A stretch of DNA of 64,000 bases from the NCBI GenBank assembly GCA_964247055.1, contig OZ176056.1, positions 7,688,001 through 7,752,000 of the forward strand. The letters run 5' to 3'. Position numbers and translations under genes: made by a program. Numbering within the stretch: position 1 is the first letter of the stretch; each line of letters starts with the position of its first letter. Below are positions 53,860 to 64,000 of the stretch, piece after piece. The notes below the pieces were generated by a model. The model searched no databases, was not told where the DNA came from, and saw nothing but the letters and a program-made list of their open reading frames with translations. Source of the DNA: Paragordius varius (Eukaryota > Animalia > Nematomorpha).

Positions 53860-55321
53860 TTAAATCGGTTTTGAAGTGTCCCAATTTAGGCTCTAGACAA
53901 AACTGTAAAAAAATTTATCAAATACAAGTGAAAAATATTTGATGGATATACTTTTAATTAAAATTGTAATATAAAAACAAAGCTCTGGGATATAAAATTC
54001 TAAAAGGTAAACTCGGACAAAAAGTAAAAAAATAATGTATTAAATGCATCATGATCTGTATGAATGGTTTTGTGCCATTTAATATATTAAGTTAAGTAAA
54101 AATATTTCTTTCGAACTCTGGACACATGTAAAAAAAATCCTCATTTAAACCATTTTGCCGCCATTTTTTTCGTCAATTTTTATAAATCTAAGAGCAATTA
54201 AAAAATGTATTATATTGTTAAAAATATAAATAAATAACAAGCCTTCAGGTTACATTCTACCAGCAAATTTTTGATATTTGATCAAAAACGGTAGTATTTT
54301 ACGGTTTTATATTCTGGGACAGAAAACCATTTAATATGCCATCAGGCACAACAAATAAAAATTAAAAAAATGTTAAATATAACAAAGCCATGCCTTATAT
54401 ATAAATTCTAAAATAACTATTATTTACATAGAATCTCAACGCAAAAATCATATTTTCAAAATTATTGTAAATTCTTATTTGTATTTTATCGTTCTAGTGC
54501 GCATATATTTAAAAACAACTCATAAAAACTCTTTAAATTTGCCTATTTAAATATAATATACCTTTTGCCACCATTTGAAAAAAAAACAGATATTTTGGTG
54601 GATACATGTTTTTAAGCTAATGAAATTCTTAAGCAATAGCGGATACGTAAAACAATATTATAATTTGTGATAAAAGTCTAAAATACCCTAACCAAAGTTC
54701 TGACAATTTTGGCAAGAAAATATTCACAAATACAAGGCAATCCAATATATATTAATTTATGTTGTTTTGCCGGCTTTCTCTGATTTTTAAGGACATGTAT
54801 TCGTAAGGCCAAATGTATTGTCAAATTTTATGCAACAATTAATAAAAATTATATCTTTTTTACCCCTAATTCTATTTTTGATAATTACAACAGAAGCTGG
54901 TAATAATCTTTAAAATACAGGTAAATCTAAAGCAATATATTAACCCTAAATTTTATTTTGCCAATCGTAATGTTTTATTCGCGATATCACAAATAATATG
55001 TATTTTGCGGTAAAAAATGTTTTACGAGTGAATTTTTTACAATTTTGGAAAATATTTAAATTATTGCACAAAATCCTCAATTATAAAATATAATTAAAGA
55101 GAACATCTATTACTATTTTCGTAGTTCTTATATTAAATTTTACAGCCATTTAAGATTTTTTCTCTTATGGCAATTTTCCACTGATAAATTAACCTAATCT
55201 AATTCTTGAAAAAGCCGCTGAGATTGCGCAAAAATGTTGTATAAATTGTATATATAATGATATCAAAATATTTTTTTTTATTTTATTGGCAAAGTTTTGT
55301 TGAAGCGCGTATTGTATGCTT

Positions 55322-55798
55322 CACTTTAATTCGAATTGGGGTGTCTAAACAACCCACACTACATTGTTAATATTTTTAGAAAACTGCTGAAAGTAACGGT
55401 CCCAATATAAATATATGCTTCATCCTAATAAAAATTACAAAAAGCCCAAACTACTCTGAAACAATTTATATTTTACAACATTTTTGTGAAATATCGTGTT
55501 TAGTAATTTCAAAGCTAAAATTAATGCTAATTTTTATTTAAATATCATTTAACTTTTATAGAAATGGAAAACGAGGTTTATTTTGCATTTTTTAAGTTTA
55601 GCTAATGGACACATGTCATGTTGACTTTCTATTGGGTTTTACTAAAATAAGTATTATCAAGTTTATTTAGGTTCATTAATGTTATCCTGGTTTCAATTTA
55701 TTCCATATTTTTTAATATATTTAATTTTAAACAGGCCTGGGGTATCCAACGACCCCAATTTTATCGTATGAATGAAAAGAATATGTTATATCCAAGTG
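55322..55798. mobile_element. TTAA-flanked MITE, copy 5
   Basis: CACTT...AAGTG|TTAA; left target degenerate; same internal motifs (GGGGTGTCTAAAC, ACGGTCCCAAT). Confidence 0.75.
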
Positions 55799-56809
55799 TT
55801 AACATGGCAATATAAAACACATTTTTAAATATGATTAATATTTTTGCCTTTAAATAAGTACATTTTCAATCTAAGGATATTATATTTTAATTGTATGGAA
55901 GATGTTTATATAAAATTAAATAATTTTAACAATTCTATCATGCCAAATATCGTAAAATGGGCTTGAACATTTCCAAAACTACGACAGAGATTTTTTAACA
56001 AATTACTTTTTAATAAAAGGACCTAGCATTATTTTATAATCTGGGGCTTGTGTTTATCATTAAAAGAAACCCAATGTAGCGCAATCTATGTGAAATACGC
56101 CCCGCATAATGAATTACAATAGAGATTATGTCTTCCTTTGTAAATTAAGAACCAATTAATAATATAGCATTTAGCTCTACCTAAAATTATATTAAGCATG
56201 ATGTGCAGTAGCCATTTGAGAGATATTTTGAATATATCTAAAATAAATCTAACCAAAACCAAAATATTGCGATTATTTTTAGATATATATATATATATAT
56301 TATATATTTTGAGCATTTAAAGAAAATCAAAGAGTTTTATTGAAATTCGCCCGATATTATCGGTGTGCTAAAAGTTTCTTGGAAATCAATATAAATTTAG
56401 TGGATGGGGATGGTTAGGGAAGAGCTAAAACATTTAAAATCAATTGGAAATAAAAATAAATATTAAGGCAGATGTTTCAATGAACTTGGATATTTTTAAC
56501 AATGATCTTTTGGCGTAGTTTTATACCCCAAGACCATATAAACTTCTAATATATAAAAAAATATTTTTAGCATTGGACTATATTTAAAAATAAGCTTTCT
56601 TTAGCCTTTTTGCCATATGTTACATTTTTTTAAAATGTAAAACTCTAAATCCTCACCTCAAGTTTTTTCAATGCCATTTTTTACTTTGATTTTTTAATTA
56701 TGATTACAATAGGCATATGAATTACATGATAAAAAAATATAATTGATCAATTAACTGAAAACTTGCAAATAACAATTTACCAGCAATTTTTTAATATTTA
56801 TTGATTTTA

Positions 56810-57405
56810 CTAGCGTAAATCTCGTGCTGCTACGCAGCCGGAGAAATTCATTCGGACTTCTGGGGGGGGGAGGGGGGGGGGCTATTCGAAATAAGGGACA
56901 ATAAAATGATCCACATATGTGGATTATTTCGAAACATTATTTAATAGTATGATTTTATAGGAATTTTAAAACGGAGCATTCATACTAATATATTGTTTAA
57001 TTGGGGGAAAAATAGATTTAAAAAATTATTTTTGTGGACTTTTTTTTAAAAAATGGCATTTTACGGTTGGAGCGGGTAAAAAGAGGGACCAAATCAAAAA
57101 AGCGAGACGACTATGTTCGGCGTAAATAGAAAATAAGTAAACAAAAATCATATTTGAAATTGAATGGACCAACACGTTCTCCAGAAAATTGTCTCAAAGA
57201 CACGATTTTTGTGGACTTCTGTTTTCAAAAAAACCCGTTTTTCACACGGGGTGGGCCCGAACTGGGAACCTATTTCAAAAAAATGGCGAAGCTATTGTCG
57301 GGACATTTATTTATTCTTTTTTCGATATCTGGATTTGAATGGGTCTACCGGTTTTCCGGTACCAGATCACAAAGCCAGCATTTTCCATTTTTATAAATAT
57401 ATAGA
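56810..57405 (-). mobile_element. Non-autonomous Helitron (596 bp)
   Basis: Minus-strand 5' end A|TCTATATATTTATAAAAATGGAAAATG. 3' end has hairpin CGTAGCAGCACG about 9 nt before CTAG|T. Inserted between A and T with no TSD. Its 5' ~380 bp is homologous to 10166-10510 (+). Confidence 0.8.
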
Positions 57406-57790
57406 TCATCATATATTCGTTTAGTTGTGTTTTATAGCTACCTATATCTATAAGTTAAAAAATTGTAAACATTTATAAGTTTGTTTTTTTTTCTAATACA
57501 GTAGAAGAGAGACTTTAATAAATTAAATTATAACCAAAACAACTTTCAAAACAATAGTTTGTCTGGGGTAACTACCCCAAAATGTCATCGCGCACGAAAA
57601 AACTGAAGTGTTAAGGTATATCTAAAATGCTAAAATCCAATTTAAAATAAAATTAAGAGTCTAAAAATGCGTGAATGTACTATACTATCACTTTGTTTAG
57701 TGTTGCTTAGTTTTTAGGTTAACATTATATACTAAAACATCCCGTTTGGTATATGAGATTAAGTAAATATAGCAATATATTAATACTAAT

Positions 57791-58508
57791 CAGGGCTTTA
57801 AACCAGGGAGAAAAAAGTGGAATCCGACGGTTGTACACGGCCTGGTTTCAAAATTCAAGAACCAAAAGCGGGTTGGCCCCTTAAAACTTAACGAATCTGA
57901 AAGCGGTTATTTACATACCAGTTTGATTTTAATTTTTCACTTTTCATTGAATGATCGTATGGCAAGTTTTAAATATTAATAATATAACCCATATACTACT
58001 ACATAATTTATGAGAAAAATTAAATGGCCTATTATGTGTGAGTCCAGTGATAGTAAGTGTATTCCAGGAGTGTCAAACACGCGACCCACGTGCCGCATGC
58101 CGCCATCCGAGACTTTGTGTGCGGCCCGCGATAATAGAAATTTTAATTTGCAAAAATATGCTGGCAAAATCTTAGCGAAATTGATATTTCTAATAAAAAT
58201 TTCTAAATAAGTTAATCCAATTGGTAAGAAAGAGCCAAAAACTGTAATCGTATTTGCATTTTGCAGTTTTAGCTGGTTCGAAATCAAATAAATATTTATG
58301 AAAGCCCATATTGATTACGAATGCGGTCCGTCGCTTTTTTGAGTCAAAAAGGCGGCCCGCGAGGCCATTTGTATTTGTTGGACACCCCTGATTTAAAAGA
58401 TAAATATTAAATTTTTTTAATAAAAACATATGGTGGGAGCCATTTATTTTGATGGTGGAACGTTCCGGATAAAATCTCGGGAACCGGGTTGGATGGTTCG
58501 AAGCCCTG
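57791..58508. mobile_element. hAT MITE with a second hAT MITE nested at 58065-58390
   Basis: Outer TIRs CAGGGCTTTAAACCA and TGGTTCGAAGCCCTG (13/15), TSD ATACTAAT/ATATTAAT (7/8). Inner TIRs CAGGAGTGTCAAAC and GTTGGACACCCCTG. Confidence 0.8.
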
Positions 58509-58804
58509 ATATTAATGCAAAAATTAGCTTTATTAGTAAAAGTTAAGTTTTGAGAGTATCATAAAAAGTATATCAAATACAAATTAACATGTTGTTTATT
58601 CAAAGAGTGTTAAGCAGCTAACCGTTTTTTTGACAAAACTGTTAAATTTTCTACGTTCATGCCACCTTCAACAAATTTTACCAATTATATATTGAAGTAC
58701 TTTTAAGTTTATCTCAAAAATCTGAATACTGCATTAGGGGGGTGTTAATTTTATATATTCCAAGGCTGAATAAAACAGCTTATATGTGGGTGGGTAATAA
58801 AAAA

Positions 58805-59735
58805 GTCGCACTTGACTTTTAAGTCAAGCGTGCCAAGTTGAGTACTTAAGCCAGCAAGTCACTTGAAGATCGGTGATAAAAAACACTAAGTTAAGTCTTT
58901 TGCTTATGAATGTAACATTTTTTTGCCACCCAATTTGAATTTTACGGAAATTATTTTGATCATTTTTGGCCAAGATATATGAAATAAGGCACAAAAAGGT
59001 AAACAATTAATGCAATAGCATTTATTGAAGTTTATCAAATTTTTCTAAATATTGAGCCCGGTAATAACTTTTAGGTTGATGAAACCGTTTGCCCTTAAAA
59101 AATCTTGATCATTTTACCACAGTACTCATTTTGTTAGGAGTCTATTTGCAATTATAACGGAAAGATGTTTATACAATATAACATATTATTATTTTTAATT
59201 GATTATCAGCATATTCGAAATAAATTTATAATGAAATAAATTCTTCACATTAGTTAATAGTGAAGTAACTTTTAGTTTATTAAACAAAGATTTGAAATTT
59301 TACAGATCTATATTAAATTATTAATTTTAAGAAATTTTTGATAATTATTGATTACGGAATTGATATATTTAGCATATTTAATAAGCATTGTTCTTAAATA
59401 TTAGCAGAGTTTTTCTAAAAATTTACCGCTTTTGTATCCTCCAAATTTGAATAGGTTAATTAGCCAAAATTTTTGATATAAACAATTTATATCATTAACA
59501 AAGGTTTTAATTACATATAAAGCCTAAATTACATGCATAAATAGTTTCCAAAAAAAATTTATCCATATTTTTAAATCTGTCAAGTGTGCCCTACACCACA
59601 CTTGCAATATCTGTAAGTTATACTTGATCATATAATTTTTTATCACCTCCGAATCGAGTTTTCTGGCTTGACTTAAGTCGTCTTATGTTATCACATGAAA
59701 GCAAGTCATGACTTGAAAAAATTGCAAGTCAAGAC
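58805..59735. mobile_element. TIR element with repeated ACTTGAC/AAGTCAAG subterminal motifs
   Basis: Left arm ...CTTAAGCCAGCAAGTCACTTGAAGATCGGTGATAAAAA mirrored by TTTTTATCACCTCCGAATCGAGTTTTCTGGCTTGACTTAAG... Confidence 0.55.
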
Positions 59736-60234
59736 AAAAAAAATATTTTATCACCCCGCCCAGTATGCATGGTTGCATATTTCACATGGCAATTTGCAAT
59801 ACAGGATGTATGGAAAAAAGAAAGGAGATAATTGCTCATTCAACTTGTCTTTTCCATACACTACTATGTTGCAAATTGCCCTACTATTGTGTGAAATAAG
59901 CAACCATTAAAATTTAAATTGTGTTTTACAATACCTGTCAATTGATTTGAAAAGTTTGGATGATTTAAACAAATCTCATTAAAAACAACTCATTATGTAA
60001 ATTGATAGAGAAAATTATTAAAATTACATAACGACCATCTTTTGCAAACTATATATATACAAATTATAGGATAATTGACACCGCAAATTCGTACATTTAT
60101 CATAATTTCTTTTTAGAAATTTTTTTATATGTGTTGCAAAATTCTTTAAATAATATGAAAATAAAGCTAAACTTCAGTTTTATAGATGGTTATATATAAT
60201 TTTTTAATTATCAATTATGTGTAACTCTATAAAC

Positions 60235-60461
60235 CAGGGATTTTTTACACATATGACTTCGTGGGGCGGGGGCCGCATTTAAAAAATACATTGGCGTGAT
60301 TAAATATTTAGATTTCAAACATAATAAGACTGTAAAATGCAATACAAACACAAATAACAATTTTGTTCTCCCGGGCATATTAAGAAAAATTAACTAACAA
60401 TCTCATTGCAAATTATGGTATTACAAATTTTTCGAGGGCCGTACAAAGTTGGTCACCCCTG
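60235..60461. mobile_element. Degenerate hAT MITE; related ends at ~5140-5200 and ~13840-13970
   Basis: CAGGG start, GGGCCGCA / GGGCCGTA subterminal motifs, end GTTGGTCACCCCTG; TSD not retained. Confidence 0.5.
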
Positions 60462-61883
60462 CAAATTAATATAGAATAATTATAAACCTCGATTCACACT
60501 TAAACTTTTTGTTCGATTTAATATCAAAAAACTTCTAAATCGATTTGATTATATAATAAAAATATTGTTAGACATTTATTAAAAAATTTGATAGCTTTTT
60601 ATACGTAATTTAAAGAGTGTGAAGCATTATCGATCTAATTAGATGCTATTTTTATGGGTGTTTCTCATTATTCCAAATTTTATCTGATTAGCAATTTTTT
60701 AATGGTTTATTGTTAACATAAAGTAGTTTATATATAATTACAATCGGTTATTAAGAAAAAAAATTAATTTTTCATAATTTTAAGTGGTGTTGACTTTTTT
60801 TCCTTGAAAATTAATTATTTATTATTATGAAGAAATACAAATAAAAACAAAAACAAAGCTGTTTTATTAATTAATTTTTCAATTTCTAAAAAAGAAGCTA
60901 AATTTAATTATTTTTTGTGAAAAAATTAAAAAATATATTTTTAGATGATTTAAATTTTTTCTAATATTTTAACATAAAAACTTTGACAATTTTATTCCAT
61001 TACAAATTGTATGAATTGGTTTAACATACTTTTCCCTTTATTGATAAGGTAAATCATAATATTTTTTGGAAATAATATAATATAAATATATCATTTGATT
61101 TACATTTGATATGTTCTTTAATTAGTTCTTCCATTCCAAATTTATAAGCATACTATTGTGTGATAATTTTTATATCAATTAGACTAATAAATTTTATAAT
61201 TTATGATATTAAAAAATAATCACTCACTTGTAACGTAAATTTTTTAATATTATTTGTGGATTAAAAAATAATAAGGCTTTTATATTTATGCTTATTGAGA
61301 AGACAACTGTGTTATAAAAATATTGAGAGATTACTTTACCCCATCGTTTTAATTAATGGGGTAAATTTACTACAATTCCTTTTTGCAAAAAAACTTTTGA
61401 AACTTTAGCAATTAAGCTTATGTGTAAAAGAAGACCAATCAAAAATAACCAATATCTTTGCTAAAAAAACTAAAAAATTACACACGAAAAACCAACGTTG
61501 ACATTTTCTCTGATTTATAATTATTTCTCAAATTAAATATTAACGGCCAACTTCGATAATTTGTATTAGCATAATGACACAAGTTAATTTTTGAGTAAAC
61601 CCATAAAATAACAAACAAAGTTGAACCAATAATTTCATATCCTTGTATTTAGTTGTAGTTTCCAATCTTAGGTAATATACAGTATGAATAAGTATACATC
61701 GCTAATTTTTCATCAATTATTGCCAAATAGCATATGCAGCAATTATTGGCTAATAATAATAAAAAGTGAAAAAATAATATGCCAATAATACTGCCCTTTG
61801 CTGTATTAATTAATAACTTTCTAGCAATGTATATTTAGTCATACTGTAAATATCGACATTTTCATTTTTTGGCGCATGGTGTT

Positions 61884-61916
<33 letters not shown>

Positions 61917-63136
61917 TCAAAATAATGGAGTGTTAATTATCGGTAGTAAATTTAAATTTCATTTTTTTTTTTTGTACTTTTGCAGTTCATTTATATGAAT
62001 TAAACTAAATAAAAATGTTGTTTTGTTAATTACTACAGTAACAGTTGAAATTAAATGGCAAATATTTTATTCTAAAAAACAACTATACTTACGAATCTTG
62101 ATTAACGCATTGTTAGAAATTATAAAGTGTGGAATAGAGATGTATATATGGTAACACAATCAATCATATATTTTATAAATTTTAATTAAATGGGTTGTAT
62201 AGGAAAAATCAAGGTTTAAAAAATTATTTTATTTGAAAAATAATTGTTTGTATATTTGACGTTTCGTCCATATTTCACATGATAAACATATATATATATA
62301 TATTATGTATATATTAAATACAAAAGCTTTAATTTTGATTTTATCGTGTAATCTATAGCCAAATTTATCATGATGATAGAATTGGACAATAAAAAAATTA
62401 GAGAACTAAGTTATCGAAAGCCTGATTTAGATGTTTTTATGCTTTTGAAGCTTTCTTAATTTGTTATCATCTAAATGCCTATTCAAAATTTATATCAAAA
62501 TTACCGTGATCGATATTGCAAATTCATAAATAAAAATTTGTGCATACAACCTAAATTAAATTCGGTGTTTTTCAGTAAATTGCACCAAAAAAGACATTAA
62601 TCTGGGATCAGATCCTTAGTTTAACCGTACCTATGTCACTTTGCCCATGTTGATAAAGAATAAGCCGTTCGAATTTTTTTTATTCTTTATTGGGTTATAT
62701 TATTTCGACATCTTATGAAGTCACATAGATAGTGGCAATAATTCTTCTCATCTTTTGATTAGATTACTTCATACCGGCTCATTTAACAAAAGGCTTCGTT
62801 CAAAATTCATTTTTAATCAATTATAGAAACAATAACATTATTAATACTTTTAACTTATTTTTACGAGATAATCCTTAAAATTTAATTATATACAATCAAG
62901 ATTTAAATGGTATATCTGAAACTATATAAAATATCACACTAAATTCTCTTATGGAAAGATTGCCTATATATCATAATTTGTAAATATCAAAAATAATTTT
63001 GTCATATTTTAGTTTTCAAACAATAGATGCGAATCCAAACAGTGGGAAAAATATTCGTGGTCCGCCAAAATTCAGGTTTTATCGGTTCCAAAGCCTTGAT
63101 AATGTAAGATATTATATACCATTTTTCATGCAAAAA

Positions 63137-63400
63137 CATCATTTTTTCAACCAAATGCAACATTTTTTCAACCAAACTCAACATTTTTTCAAGCAAACGC
63201 AACATTTTTTCAAGCAAAGACAACATTTTTTCGAGCAAACACAACATTTTTTCAAGCAAAGACAACATTTTTTCAAGCAAGCGCAACATTTTTTCAAGCA
63301 AACGCAACATTTTTTCAACCAAAGACAACATTTTTTCATCCAAACGCAACATTTTTTCAACCAACGACAACATTTTTTCAAGCAAAAACAACAATTTTTT
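63137..63400 (+). repeat. 21-bp minisatellite, 12 full units plus a partial
   Basis: Consensus CAACATTTTTTCAA(G/C)CAAA(C/G)(G/A); units start at 63137 and every 21 bp to 63368. Confidence 0.95.
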
Positions 63401-64000
63401 TAAAATAAAAAACCATTTTTTTTATTTTAAGACATATTAAATTTAAAGTTAGTGTAAATTAATTTTAGCGAAGAATTATACTTTTTATTGTTTTATCATC
63501 AATATTTGATGGTATGATTGATTTTCAAACATTTAATTTAGCCCATAAACTGCATTATTTATTTAGATTATATATTTTTTTCTTTTACAATTTAAGTTTC
63601 ACCTAATCAATCTATACTGCGCTTCAAGATTGTTCTTTTACATTTAAACTTAGTCCTAGAACACTTCAAGTTGATCCTTCTATATTTAATTTGATTCTAA
63701 CGTTTATTAATGAGGCAATAAAATATTCATTATTCAATAATTTAAACCTATTTTTTTTATTTAACCTAAACCTTTAGGTGAATACATTTCTTTCATAAGA
63801 ACCGTATATCCTTATTATTTTCTATAAATTAATATTGAAAAATATCTATGTTTTGTGGGTTATTGATGGTAATATTTAGTTTAAAACAATAATAAATTTA
63901 TAATATTGATAAAGAAAATTTTCAAACAAAGTTGTTTTACTATGAAAATATTAATGATTTAAAAACTAATAAATAGAGATATTAGTTTAAATTTAAAAGA

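Noticed and set aside
57154-58429. ORFs of 66-103 aa
   Set aside because: Inside the Helitron and nested hAT MITEs; locally high GC explains the open frames.
62999-63403. ORFs of 134, 130 and 67 aa
   Set aside because: Explained by a stop-free 21-bp tandem repeat; no splice or homology support.
1-64000. CRISPR arrays, rRNA, tRNA, snRNA, spliced-leader RNA and telomeric repeats
   Set aside because: None recognised by eye. The tandem arrays lack unique spacers and the DNA is eukaryotic. tRNAscan-SE and Infernal would be needed to exclude small RNAs.

Overview
Very AT-rich (roughly three-quarters A+T by eye) animal genomic DNA with GT-AG spliceosomal introns, many (TA)n tracts and dense, often nested transposon relics. 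The organism cannot be identified from this window. Three host genes can be rebuilt by hand. (1) A two-exon, highly divergent rhodopsin-class (FMRFamide-receptor-like) GPCR at about 445-3485 (+), whose TM1 is broken by a 1-bp frameshift. (2) An unrecognised coiled-coil-rich gene of at least 18 exons at 28173-35866 (-), which the ORF track shows only as fragments because it contains a cluster of 23-31 nt introns. (3) A three-exon Mastermind-like Notch co-activator of about 1190 aa at 41327-52746 (-), whose MamL-1 helix sits in a small first exon 7.7 kb from the large Asn/Ser-rich exon. The rest is a decayed hAT (Blackjack-like) element, a decayed Mos1-like mariner, two non-LTR retrotransposon fragments, Helitrons (one carrying a ~160-bp tandem array) and several MITE families. 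The most unusual signal is 23-31 nt introns coexisting with kilobase introns in a non-compact genome. Several 1-bp frameshifts at homopolymer runs suggest uncorrected assembly indels, which limits certainty about the gene models. All calls come from manual reading and translation; no searches were run.
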